IMG/VR virus record: IMGVR_UViG_3300027969_000053
Strand: one strand, 5' to 3'
Source of the DNA: an uncultured virus (IMG/VR IMGVR_UViG_3300027969_000053)
Taxonomy: Duplodnaviria > Heunggongvirae > Uroviricota > Caudoviricetes
Length of the DNA: 64,000 nucleotides
The first letter of the stretch is position 1. Each line of letters begins with the position of its first letter. A program made the position numbers and the translations under genes. The notes beneath the pieces are model-generated. The model saw nothing but the letters and a program-made list of their open reading frames with translations, did no database searches and was not told where the DNA came from. This document shows positions 27,130 to 36,607 of this stretch, in pieces.

Positions 27130-28155
27130 ATGGCACTCTGGGGCATTTCAACAACATCGGAAACTGCGGCAAACAATTACGCTATTCCAAAATTCCAATC
27201 TGAGACTGATCGTAACAGAAGTCCTTGGAATACATTTGCAGATGTTCGTGGTTGGGTTCAAAGAAGATACAAGACTAAAGTAAATTCAGGAATTTCTACT
27301 CGTTACTTTGACGAAGTTTTAGTTCCAGTTGTTGGATTGAATAGTACTGCAGCAGTAGGAGGAACTACTGGTATTGGTACTGCCGGTCCAGTCGCAGTTT
27401 TCTTTGAAGATCCTAACCAAGCATCACCAATTTCTGTAGGTGGTGGTGGAACTACTGGTATTGCTACGAATACTACTGGTTATGTTCATTTAGTGTTCAA
27501 TGAACTTGTATTTGCTGGTGCTGGTGCAACAGTTAGAATTCGTACCTTTGATGCAAATAATGCTAACGAATCAACAGCAATTGTTGGAACTGCAGTATCA
27601 AATACTGGAACTCAATATGCTTGGGCGGGACCTGCTGCTAATCACGGTTCGCCAAATGTATATACTGGATTTAATGGTCAAATTACAAACCGAGTAGCAT
27701 TTGCATTCACTACACCAAGTACTGTTTTGACTGCACAAGTTGCAATCTCAACAACATTGACTACAACAGGACAAACTGTTGCTGTTGGTGCAACTAACAT
27801 TTTTGTTGATTCGGTAACAGGTGTTTCTATTGGAAGTTCCCTCACAGTTGCAGGCAAACTTGCAAATGTTCCTATTGTTGCTGTTGGAACTACCACCGTT
27901 CAGATTGGAACTGCAAGCACAATTGCAACAACGATTACTCAAGGACTTGGAGTTACATTCAGCACAAGAACTGTTGCTACTAAATTGTTTATTGATATTC
28001 CAAGTGGATTTGTTGGTGTAATTACTGACGGATCAAATGGTGTTGGTGTAATTAATTCATTCACTTCACAATTTGGAGACCTTCTTCGTAATGTTGGTGG
28101 TGCAGGAACTACTGGATCTGTTGGACTTGGAACTACTACATTAACTGTTAGATAA
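27130..28155 (+). CDS. putative virion fibre/decoration protein
   Basis: MALWG start; G/T/A/V-rich; late promoter directly upstream. Confidence 0.65.
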   Translation: MALWGISTTSETAANNYAIPKFQSETDRNRSPWNTFADVRGWVQRRYKTKVNSGISTRYFDEVLVPVVGLNSTAAVGGTTGIGTAGPVAVFFEDPNQASPISVGGGGTTGIATNTTGYVHLVFNELVFAGAGATVRIRTFDANNANESTAIVGTAVSNTGTQYAWAGPAANHGSPNVYTGFNGQITNRVAFAFTTPSTVLTAQVAISTTLTTTGQTVAVGATNIFVDSVTGVSIGSSLTVAGKLANVPIVAVGTTTVQIGTASTIATTITQGLGVTFSTRTVATKLFIDIPSGFVGVITDGSNGVGVINSFTSQFGDLLRNVGGAGTTGSVGLGTTTLTVR

Positions 28156-28162
28156 AAATTAA

Positions 28163-28534
28163 ATGAAATTTGATGAATTGAACGAAGAAAATTATATAAT
28201 CTTTGCTATCAAACACTACGAAAATCCTCAAGCAATGACGCAAGAGGATTTTTTTGAAGATATGAAAAGATTTAAGTGGATTAAACGACTTCTAAACAAA
28301 TACAAAAACACAGGTGAATTGAATATTCATCTAATTATTAATCATTTTATGGTTCTTTATAATGTATTTGGTGAAGCAGCAACACCTTTATTATTTTATA
28401 AATTGAATAAAGAATTGTGGAGTATATTGAAAACTTTTGTTTTGTACCTTGGAAGACTTCCAGAGTATCCAAAGACATCTATACACGATATACCAATTGA
28501 TATTGAATGTCTTAAAATTTTAAAATCAATCTAA
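28163..28534 (+). CDS. conserved T4-like hypothetical protein
   Basis: FAIKHYENPQ, DMKRFKWIKRLL, NHFMVLYNVFG. Confidence 0.75.
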   Translation: MKFDELNEENYIIFAIKHYENPQAMTQEDFFEDMKRFKWIKRLLNKYKNTGELNIHLIINHFMVLYNVFGEAATPLLFYKLNKELWSILKTFVLYLGRLPEYPKTSIHDIPIDIECLKILKSI

Positions 28535-28755
28535 TGAAAGAAGAAACTCTTTTAAAATTTATTAATATTGTTCGTAATCTTCGTGAGGATGGTGAAATGG
28601 TTATTACTAATAATGCATCAAGTGGAAAAATTGCGGGATTGCCACCGGATAATCCTCCGGTCTTTAAGAATAGAAAAACTGAACCAAAAAGAAAAAATCG
28701 CAATCCATTTTTTAAAAATTTAGATCAAATAGAAAGACGAAACCCACCGCAATAG
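28534..28755 (+). CDS. hypothetical protein
   Basis: Translationally coupled 73-aa ORF; IAGLPPDNPPV. Confidence 0.6.
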   Translation: MKEETLLKFINIVRNLREDGEMVITNNASSGKIAGLPPDNPPVFKNRKTEPKRKNRNPFFKNLDQIERRNPPQ

Positions 28756-28759
28756 AAAA

Positions 28760-29224
28760 ATGTTCAATCAAAACGTTACCTCTGATACAAAGATAGCTGT
28801 TCTAGAAGAAAGATTATCTGTATATGAGCAGATGGTAAGTAGGATTGACATAGCAATTCAAAAAATTAGTGAGACTAATCAAGGAATTAGCAAAATGCTC
28901 ACAATTCACAATGAAAGAATTGAGCAATCAATTAGAACTGATGATATAATTGTAAAAATGATAGAAGATATGAAAATATCGTCAAAAATACAACACGAAG
29001 CAATCAGTGAAGAGATAGGGGAAAGAATAGAAAAATTAGAAAAAAAGGTAGAACACATATCACAAATAAAATGGATGACAGTTGGTTGTGGTGTGATTCT
29101 TGCTATACTTACGACGGCAATTTCATCTCTTGCTTCTGGAATGTGGACTCCTTCTGGAATGCAACAAAATAAAACAAATCAAAGTCAAAGTTTGACCGTA
29201 CCAAATATTCGTGCTAGCATATAA
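28760..29224 (+). CDS. coiled-coil protein with C-terminal transmembrane helix
   Basis: IAVLEER...; WMTVGCGVILAILTTAISSLA. Confidence 0.7.
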   Translation: MFNQNVTSDTKIAVLEERLSVYEQMVSRIDIAIQKISETNQGISKMLTIHNERIEQSIRTDDIIVKMIEDMKISSKIQHEAISEEIGERIEKLEKKVEHISQIKWMTVGCGVILAILTTAISSLASGMWTPSGMQQNKTNQSQSLTVPNIRASI

Positions 29225-29242
29225 GTCCTGAACTTTTTGTGA

Positions 29243-30247
29243 ATGAATTTTATTGATCAAAAATACATTGGTCTGGTTTCTTCAAGACTGGAGAAGTTTA
29301 AACAAGTTAAAACTGGACTGTATAATTTTAGATGTGTATATTGTGGGGATTCACAAAAGAATAAAAGCAAGACAAGAGGATATATTTACGGTTATAAGAA
29401 CGATCATAATTACAAGTGTCACAATTGTGGAGTATCTAAATCTTTTACTAATTTTCTAAAAGATATTGACACCACTCTTTATGATCAATATATTATGGAG
29501 AGATATAAGAATGGTTCTACTGGCAAGGGATCTAATACACCGGAACCAAAATTCACCTTTGAAAAACCAAAATTCACAAAAAAAGCATTTGATTTGCCAT
29601 CCATCGCAGAACTAAATAAAGAACATTCGGCAAGAATTTATTTAGAAAACAGAAAAATTCCTCAAGATTTTTTGAGTCAATTATTTTATTGTGAAAAGTT
29701 CAAACAATGGACGAATGAACAAAAAAAAACTTTTGAATCTACAAAATACGATGAACCTAGAATCATCATTCCACTTATCAACAATGGAGAAATATTTGGA
29801 TTTCAGGGTCGTAGTTTAAGTAAGAAACCAAAAGTAAAATACATCACAATTATTCTAGATGAAGATCAACCAAAAATTTATGGATTAAACAGAATTGATT
29901 GGAACAAAACTGTTTATGTTGTAGAAGGTCCATTTGATAGTATGTTTATTGAAAATTCAATTGCGATGGTTGGTGCGGATATTGATAAAATGTTTTTCAT
30001 AGCAAATTTTGAAACCAATTTTGTTATGGTCTATGATAATGAAAAAAGAAATAAAGAGATGGTTGCACGATTAGAAAAAAGCATTGAGATGAAATTTCCT
30101 GTGGTAATTTGGCCAAAAGATTTAAAGGAAAAAGACATTAATGATATTGTATTATCTGGACAAGACGTGGAATCTATGCTAAAATTAAATACTTACCAAG
30201 GATTAGAAGCAAAACTTAAATTTACCAACTGGAAAAAAGTAGCATGA
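29243..30247 (+). CDS. gp61: DNA primase gp61
   Basis: Zn finger CVYCGD...CHNC, FQGRSL, TOPRIM VEGPFD, KDIND. Confidence 0.96.
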   Translation: MNFIDQKYIGLVSSRLEKFKQVKTGLYNFRCVYCGDSQKNKSKTRGYIYGYKNDHNYKCHNCGVSKSFTNFLKDIDTTLYDQYIMERYKNGSTGKGSNTPEPKFTFEKPKFTKKAFDLPSIAELNKEHSARIYLENRKIPQDFLSQLFYCEKFKQWTNEQKKTFESTKYDEPRIIIPLINNGEIFGFQGRSLSKKPKVKYITIILDEDQPKIYGLNRIDWNKTVYVVEGPFDSMFIENSIAMVGADIDKMFFIANFETNFVMVYDNEKRNKEMVARLEKSIEMKFPVVIWPKDLKEKDINDIVLSGQDVESMLKLNTYQGLEAKLKFTNWKKVA

Positions 30248-31959
30248 GTAACGGCATAAACGTAGTTAAGAGAGATGGGTCTATTGAAAGTTTAGACCTC
30301 AATAAACTTCATTTGATGGTTGAAGAGTCTTGTAAAGACCTTGCTGGAGTGTCTGCATCTCAAGTTGAGATGACTTCTGGAATTCAATTTTATGATGGAA
30401 TTTCAACAAGAGAAGTTCAAGAAATTTTGATCAAATCTGCAGCAGATTTGATTGATTTAGAAAATCCAAATTATCAGTTTGTGGCAGCAAGACTTCTTTT
30501 GTTCTCTGTTCGTAAATCACTTTACGGAAAAATTAAAGATCATCCTACATTCTTTGAACATATTAATAAATGTGTAGATGCAAGTGTTTATGATAAGGAA
30601 ATCTTATCATATTATACGGAAGAAGAACTAAATCGTCTTGGTGATTATATCAAACATAAACGGGATTATCTCTTCACCTATGCCGGTCTTCGTCAAGTTG
30701 TTGATAAATATCTTGTTCAAGATAGAAGCACCGGACAAGTATATGAAACTCCACAGTTCATGTATATGATGATTGCTGCAACAAAATTCTCCCAATATCC
30801 AAAAGAAACTCGTCTTTCATATGTAAAGAGGTACTATGACGCAATATCAAAACACAAAATCAACATCCCAACACCAATTATGGGAGGAGTTAGAACTCCT
30901 TTACGACAATTTGCAAGTTGTGTTCTTGTTGATTCTGATGATACCCTCGATAGCATCGGTCACTCTGATTTGGCTATTTACAAGTACGTTGCTCAAAGGG
31001 CTGGCATCGGTATCAATGCGGGCAGAATACGTGGTATCAATTCTAAAATCAGAGGCGGAGAAGTACAACACACAGGTGTTATTCCCTTCCTTAAAAAGTT
31101 TGAAGCAACTGTCAGAAGTTGCACTCAAAACGGTATCAGAGGTGGTTCAGCAACTGTTCACTTTCCAATCTGGCACCAAGAAATAGAAGACATTATTGTT
31201 CTGAAAAATAATAAGGGAACTGAAGATAATCGTGTTCGTAAGTTAGACTATTCTATTCAAATCAGCAAAATCTTCTATGAACGATTTATCCGCAACGAAG
31301 AAATCACACTCTTCTCTCCCCACGATGTTCCTGGTCTTTATGATGCTTTTGGCACTGATGGATTTGACGACCTTTATGTGGGTTATGAACGAAATGAATC
31401 TATTCCAAGAAAAACTATCGGTGCTCAAGAACTCTTTCTGGACCTTCTAAAAGAACGTGCAGAAACAGGTCGTATTTATATTATGAATATTGACCATTGT
31501 AATTCTCATAGTTCTTTTCTTGATAAGGTTTCAATGAGTAACCTTTGTGTTGCTGGTGATACAAAGATTAAAATCAAATACCCAAAAGCAATATATGATG
31601 ATATTGGAGAGATTTATGATTGGAAAGTTTATGAAGAAGAAATTGAGATTGGAGATCTGGATGAATATATTAGTTCCAGAGAAATTAGAGTTATGTCTTA
31701 TAAAGTAAGTGATAATGATCCTTGTGAGGATGTTCCTCAAATAGAAGTTCTTTCTTATAATACAGAAACTAATCAACAAGAATGGGCACCTATTACAGCA
31801 TTTGCCGAAACATCACCAAAAGCAAAGGTAATGAGAATTACTGATGAAGAAAGTGGTAAGAGTATTGTAGTGACACCAGAGCATAAAGTATTCACAAAAA
31901 ATCGTGGATATGTAATGGCAAAAGACCTAACCGAAACTGATGAGTTGGCAATCAACTAA
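30244..31959 (+). CDS. nrdA: class Ia ribonucleotide reductase alpha, N-terminal fragment fused to a split-intein N part
   Basis: ATP cone, PTPIMGG, QFASC, ERAETGRIY, up to MSNL then intein CVAGDT. Confidence 0.95.
   Translation: MSNGINVVKRDGSIESLDLNKLHLMVEESCKDLAGVSASQVEMTSGIQFYDGISTREVQEILIKSAADLIDLENPNYQFVAARLLLFSVRKSLYGKIKDHPTFFEHINKCVDASVYDKEILSYYTEEELNRLGDYIKHKRDYLFTYAGLRQVVDKYLVQDRSTGQVYETPQFMYMMIAATKFSQYPKETRLSYVKRYYDAISKHKINIPTPIMGGVRTPLRQFASCVLVDSDDTLDSIGHSDLAIYKYVAQRAGIGINAGRIRGINSKIRGGEVQHTGVIPFLKKFEATVRSCTQNGIRGGSATVHFPIWHQEIEDIIVLKNNKGTEDNRVRKLDYSIQISKIFYERFIRNEEITLFSPHDVPGLYDAFGTDGFDDLYVGYERNESIPRKTIGAQELFLDLLKERAETGRIYIMNIDHCNSHSSFLDKVSMSNLCVAGDTKIKIKYPKAIYDDIGEIYDWKVYEEEIEIGDLDEYISSREIRVMSYKVSDNDPCEDVPQIEVLSYNTETNQQEWAPITAFAETSPKAKVMRITDEESGKSIVVTPEHKVFTKNRGYVMAKDLTETDELAIN
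31546..31956 (+). mobile_element. split intein IntN (137 aa)
   Basis: CVAGDTKI (block A), VTPEHKVFT (block B), AKDLTETDEL then stop. Confidence 0.92.
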
Positions 31960-31963
31960 TATG

Positions 31964-32017
31964 ATAGGAAGTGTAATTTCTATATTTTATAAATAGTTAT
32001 GAGATTACACTTCCTAT
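31964..32017 (+). promoter_or_regulatory. 17-bp inverted repeat enclosing late promoter TATAAATA
   Basis: ATAGGAAGTGTAATTTC / GAGATTACACTTCCTAT; TATAAATA at 31988-31995; ATG at 32019. Confidence 0.8.
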
Positions 32018-32018
32018 A

Positions 32019-32693
32019 ATGAAAACATATATTGTTTATAAAATTACCAATAAGAATAACGGAAAATCTTACATAGGAAAAACTGAATACTCATTAGAAC
32101 ATCGTTGGAATCGTCATTTATCATCGGCAAGAAATGGTTCTAAATTTAGATTTCATTCTGCTATTAGAAAATATGGTGAAGATTGTTGGGACTTATCTGT
32201 GATTGAAACCTATCTGACCGAAGATGAAAACTTTATTAACGAAAAAGAAACTCACTTTATTAAACTCTTTGAAAGTGATACTAAAAAAGGTTATAATGCT
32301 ACTTCAGGTGGAACTGGTGGATGGATGCTTCCCAAATGCTCTCCGGAGGTTCAGGAAGAATGGAGAAACAATATTTCTATAAGAACTACTGGTTCCAACA
32401 ATCCAAACCATTCTGGATATACTGATGAGCAACTTATAGAAATAGGTGTAAAGTTTGTTAAAAAATTTGGATTTATTGGTGGTAGAACGAGAATAGTTGA
32501 TTTTGCCAGTAATGAATTGAATATAAAGTTTCCAAAACATTTTTCTAAAAATAGATTTGGAGGAAACCATCAAAACTTTTATAAATCTATTGAAGAACAG
32601 ACTGGATTGGTGTATAATTCATATTATAGAGACGAAACTCAAAGAACACTTGCTAAACAACTTTTAGAACAAAACAGGAGAAAAAAATGCTAA
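32019..32693 (+). CDS. GIY-YIG endonuclease between the nrdA halves
   Basis: YIVYKITNKNNGKSYIGKT, R..H, E..FI, GYN. Confidence 0.9.
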   Translation: MKTYIVYKITNKNNGKSYIGKTEYSLEHRWNRHLSSARNGSKFRFHSAIRKYGEDCWDLSVIETYLTEDENFINEKETHFIKLFESDTKKGYNATSGGTGGWMLPKCSPEVQEEWRNNISIRTTGSNNPNHSGYTDEQLIEIGVKFVKKFGFIGGRTRIVDFASNELNIKFPKHFSKNRFGGNHQNFYKSIEEQTGLVYNSYYRDETQRTLAKQLLEQNRRKKC

Positions 32694-32785
32694 AGATTGA
32701 ATATCTTGAAGAAGAAATTCCAGTTTATGATATTACTGTAGAAGGAACACACAATTTCTTTGCAAATAATATTCTGGTCCATAAT
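32687..32785 (+). mobile_element. split intein IntC (33 aa)
   Basis: Blocks F/G VYDITV...HNFFAN..LVHN; +1 Cys. Confidence 0.92.
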
Positions 32786-33781
32786 TGCCAAGAGATTACA
32801 CTTCCCACCAAACCTCTTCAACATATTGATGATCCAGATGGAGAGATTGCTCTCTGTATTCTTTCTGCAATCAATGTGGGTAAAGTTAAGGATGATAGTG
32901 AATTTGAAGAACTTTGTGATTTGGCTGTTCGTGGGTTGGAAGAACTCATTGATTATCAGCAATATCCAATAGTTGCTGCTGAAAAATCAACAAAAGCACG
33001 TAGATCTCTTGGTGTTGGATTTATTGGTTTGGCACATTATCTTGCTAAACTTGGTTTTGATTATGATTCTCAAGAAGCATGGGATGCAGTTCATAGTCTT
33101 TCTGAATCATTCCAATATTTCTTACTCAAATCTTCTAATCAGATTGCCAAAGAAAAAGGTGCTTGTGAATATTTCAATCGCACAAAGTATTCCCAAGGAA
33201 TTCTTCCAATTGATACATACAAAAAGGATGTTGATGAACTGTCAAATCCAACTCTTCAACACGATTGGGAAACACTTAGAGAAGATATAAAACTGTATGG
33301 TCTTAGACACTCCACACTATCCGCACAGATGCCCTCTGAGAGCAGTTCAGTCGTCTCTAATGCAACTAATGGAATTGAACCCCCTAGAGGTTATTTGTCC
33401 GTCAAACAGTCTAAAAAAGGTCCTCTCAAGCAAATTGTTCCACAGTTTCAAAGTCTTAAAAACAATTATACGCTTCTTTGGGATATGCCTAGCAATCGTG
33501 GTTATATTAATATTGTTGCAGTTATGCAAAAATTCTTTGATCAAGCGATTTCTGGAAACTGGTCATATAATCCGGAGAATTATCCCGATAATGAAGTTCC
33601 TGTTAGCGTAATGGCACAAGATATGCTCACTTGCTTTAAGTATGGGCACAAAACAGCATATTATCAGAATACTTATGATGGTAAGTCCGATGAAATCAAA
33701 GAAGAAAAATCCAACCTTGACAGTTTAGTGCAGGACATACTAAACTCTAATGAAGATGACTGTGAGAGTTGTAAAATTTGA
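32687..33781 (+). CDS. nrdA: split-intein C part (33 aa) fused to the NrdA C-terminal fragment
   Basis: MLKIEY...VYDITVEGTHNFFANNILVHN then CQEITLP; AGGAG Shine-Dalgarno; ends CESCKI. Confidence 0.95.
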   Translation: MLKIEYLEEEIPVYDITVEGTHNFFANNILVHNCQEITLPTKPLQHIDDPDGEIALCILSAINVGKVKDDSEFEELCDLAVRGLEELIDYQQYPIVAAEKSTKARRSLGVGFIGLAHYLAKLGFDYDSQEAWDAVHSLSESFQYFLLKSSNQIAKEKGACEYFNRTKYSQGILPIDTYKKDVDELSNPTLQHDWETLREDIKLYGLRHSTLSAQMPSESSSVVSNATNGIEPPRGYLSVKQSKKGPLKQIVPQFQSLKNNYTLLWDMPSNRGYINIVAVMQKFFDQAISGNWSYNPENYPDNEVPVSVMAQDMLTCFKYGHKTAYYQNTYDGKSDEIKEEKSNLDSLVQDILNSNEDDCESCKI

Positions 33782-34941
33782 TTATGGAAGAAACTAAAAC
33801 AATACAAGGTATGACTGTTCTTAATACCCAACAAGTAGATTTCAAAAAACAACCAATGTTTTTTGGAGCACCTCAAGGAATTCAAAGATACGATTCTTAT
33901 AAGTATCCTGTCTTTGATAAACTCACACAGCAGCAACTTGGTTTCTTCTGGAGACCAGAAGAAATCTCTCTTCAAAAAGATCGTTCTGACTATCTGACAC
34001 TGCGACCTGAACAAAGGCATATGTATACTTCAAATTTGAAGTATCAGATTATGCTTGATAGTGTTCAGGGTCGTGCTCCTGGTATGGCATTTATTCCATA
34101 TTGCTCTCTTCCTGAACTGGAAGCTTGTATGACAGTCTGGGGTTTTATGGAGATGATTCACTCTAGATCTTATACTTATATTATTAAAAATATCTATTCT
34201 GATCCATCAGAAGTATTTGATACTATTTTAAATAATGATAAGATTTTAGAAAGAGCATCTTCTGTTACCGGAACTTATGATGATTTCATCAATTCCGCAC
34301 AACAATATGGATCTTCAAATCTATGGATTCACGCGCAAGAAGGTGCTGGTGGTGCAAGAGAGGAAAGATTAGAACTCAAAAGAAAACTTTATCGTGCGGT
34401 CGCAAATGTCAACATTCTCGAAGGTATCAGATTTTATGTCTCATTCGCTTGCTCGTTTGCGTTTGGTGAACTCAAACTTATGGAAGGATCCGCTAAAATT
34501 ATCTCTCTCATCGCAAGAGACGAAAATCAGCACCTTGTCATTACTCAAAACATCCTCAATAAGTGGCGTGAAGGAGATGATCCTGAAATGCAACAAATTG
34601 CTGGAGAAGAAGAAGGGTGGGTAAGAAATGCGTTTAAGATTTGCGTAAATGAAGAAAAGAGATGGGCAGAATATCTCTTCAAAGATGGTTCTATGATTGG
34701 TTTGAATGATAAACTACTTTGGAACTATGTTGAATGGATTGCGAATCGTCGTATGAAGGCAATTGGTCTTAAACCAGAATATGATATTCCGGCAAAGAAC
34801 AATCCACTTCCTTGGACAGACCACTGGTTAAACAGTAAATCAGTTCAAGTCGCACCCCAAGAAACAGAAATTTCTAGTTATGTGGTAGGTGGTATTAAAC
34901 AAGACATTAAAAACGATACATTCTCTGGATTTCAGTTGTGA
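33778..34941 (+). CDS. nrdB: ribonucleotide reductase beta subunit
   Basis: FFWRPEE, EMIHSRSY, EGIRFYVSF, RDENQH, APQETE. Confidence 0.97.
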   Translation: MIMEETKTIQGMTVLNTQQVDFKKQPMFFGAPQGIQRYDSYKYPVFDKLTQQQLGFFWRPEEISLQKDRSDYLTLRPEQRHMYTSNLKYQIMLDSVQGRAPGMAFIPYCSLPELEACMTVWGFMEMIHSRSYTYIIKNIYSDPSEVFDTILNNDKILERASSVTGTYDDFINSAQQYGSSNLWIHAQEGAGGAREERLELKRKLYRAVANVNILEGIRFYVSFACSFAFGELKLMEGSAKIISLIARDENQHLVITQNILNKWREGDDPEMQQIAGEEEGWVRNAFKICVNEEKRWAEYLFKDGSMIGLNDKLLWNYVEWIANRRMKAIGLKPEYDIPAKNNPLPWTDHWLNSKSVQVAPQETEISSYVVGGIKQDIKNDTFSGFQL

Positions 34942-34945
34942 CGCA

Positions 34946-34969
34946 AGAGGGGTTTTGCCCCTCTTTTTT
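34946..34969 (+). terminator. intrinsic terminator after nrdB, abutting a late promoter
   Basis: AGAGGG/CCCTCT stem plus T-run, then TATAAATA. Confidence 0.75.
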
Positions 34970-34999
34970 ATAAATAACTAAAAAGTATTTCTTATTCAT

Positions 35000-36511
35000 A
35001 TGTCTGGAACTTATAAGTCTAAAGAAATTTACAGTGAAGGAGTATTGAGAGGGTCTCAAAGTCAAATTAAAAAATCTAGTGGAGCATCAGCATTAACACC
35101 AGATGCGGCAGCACAACTTGGACCCAAAGCAGTAGAATTACAAAGAAAAAAAGCAAAACAAGTAGATGTTCCTAATTTTGTGAAGACTGTAAAAAAAGAA
35201 GAATTTGAAGTAAATGAAAAGATTGATGTAGGTGCTGATGCTGGTGCGACAATCAGTGATTTCGTTCATTCAAAGAGTGCTACATTCAAAGGTGATAGTA
35301 AGAAGCAAAGAATTAAGAGAGCACTTGGTGCCTATTACGCAGCACAAAAAGAAGAAACAGAAAACATTTATAATTATGTAATTGGAACTTTGGTTGATAG
35401 CGAATTCGCAGAAGATTATGAGACTGCTGAAAATATGTTTGAACATATGAGTAGTGAATTTGTAGCAGTCATTCTTGAAGAGTATATTGAAGAAAAGGCA
35501 AGAGGAACCAGACCAAAAAGAACAGTTCACGCATATGATGTTGACGAGACTTTGGTTGGACACGGTAAGAAAGGAAAAACAAACGTGAAAGTTCACGTAA
35601 ATGATGCATCCGGTAAAAGAGTTAAGAGTTTAAGCAATCAAGAATTCAATACTCATAAACTTGATAAGGGACATTCTTATGATTTTAGTGAATTCAGAAG
35701 TGCTAAAAAGTTTGGAGAAACTTCAAGCGCAAACAAAAAAGTAATTAAAGATGTAAAAAGAAAGCAGGCAAGAGGACAAAATGTTCATATCATCACTGCT
35801 CGTGCGAAGTTTGATAATCCATCAGAGTTTCAAGGACATTTGAAGAAGAAAGGTGTTGATGTTCCTTTGAATAAAATTCATTATACTGGTGGAATGAAAG
35901 GTAGTGATATTGGAAAGAAAAAAGTAGATGTAGCAAAGGGGGTTGCAAAGCAGAGTGGTGCCAAGAAGATCCACATGTATGATGATGCCGCAAAGGTTCA
36001 TAAGGCATTTGAGGGGGAAAAGAAAAATCAACCAACTTCCACAAAAATTAAAACTCATTTGGCAAAACCAAATGCATCTGGCGAAACACAACTTCGTTCT
36101 TATCAAGGAACAAAAGGTGGAAGAACTAGCGATAATCCTTCATCAACTACTAAACAAACACAACGCAGAAGACAAAGGGCAAGAAGAGGTATGAGTGAAG
36201 AGATGTCTTCTTATCTAAATATAGAAGAAGGAAAAGTCAAAGGAGAAATTATGTCACATTCCTACCAAGAAACCAAAGAAGATTTTGATCTTAGAGATAA
36301 ACTCTTTATCAATTTCTCTGGAACTTCAAAAGCAAAAAATGAATTAAAAGAAGAAACTGAAATGACTCCATACGAACAATGGAAGTCTTTTGTTAAAGAA
36401 AATGAAGTTGAAGAAATTCAAGAGTCTGTTGAAATTGAAACAGAACTAAACGAAGAGTTAGTACCTATGAATTCCTATCAAGCTTGGAAATCATATCTAG
36501 AATCAATTTGA
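35000..36511 (+). CDS. late multi-module protein with an internal HAD-like domain
   Basis: YDVDETL, IITAR, MYDD motifs between Glu-rich linkers. Confidence 0.6.
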   Translation: MSGTYKSKEIYSEGVLRGSQSQIKKSSGASALTPDAAAQLGPKAVELQRKKAKQVDVPNFVKTVKKEEFEVNEKIDVGADAGATISDFVHSKSATFKGDSKKQRIKRALGAYYAAQKEETENIYNYVIGTLVDSEFAEDYETAENMFEHMSSEFVAVILEEYIEEKARGTRPKRTVHAYDVDETLVGHGKKGKTNVKVHVNDASGKRVKSLSNQEFNTHKLDKGHSYDFSEFRSAKKFGETSSANKKVIKDVKRKQARGQNVHIITARAKFDNPSEFQGHLKKKGVDVPLNKIHYTGGMKGSDIGKKKVDVAKGVAKQSGAKKIHMYDDAAKVHKAFEGEKKNQPTSTKIKTHLAKPNASGETQLRSYQGTKGGRTSDNPSSTTKQTQRRRQRARRGMSEEMSSYLNIEEGKVKGEIMSHSYQETKEDFDLRDKLFINFSGTSKAKNELKEETEMTPYEQWKSFVKENEVEEIQESVEIETELNEELVPMNSYQAWKSYLESI

Positions 36512-36518
36512 GATTGAT

Positions 36519-36556
36519 AAAGGTCTTTCTAGTCCTAGAAAGACCTTTTATTTTTT
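36519..36556 (+). terminator. intrinsic terminator
   Basis: AAAGGTCTTTCTAG-TC-CTAGAAAGACCTTT plus T-run. Confidence 0.7.
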
Positions 36557-36607
36557 TATAATAAATAAATAACTAAATAATAATAAGAAAAAGTATTTTT
36601 CAGTCAT

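Noticed and set aside
31960..32686. Group I intron in nrdA
   Set aside because: Only about 60 nt is non-coding and it is a promoter hairpin; IntC has its own Shine-Dalgarno and ATG
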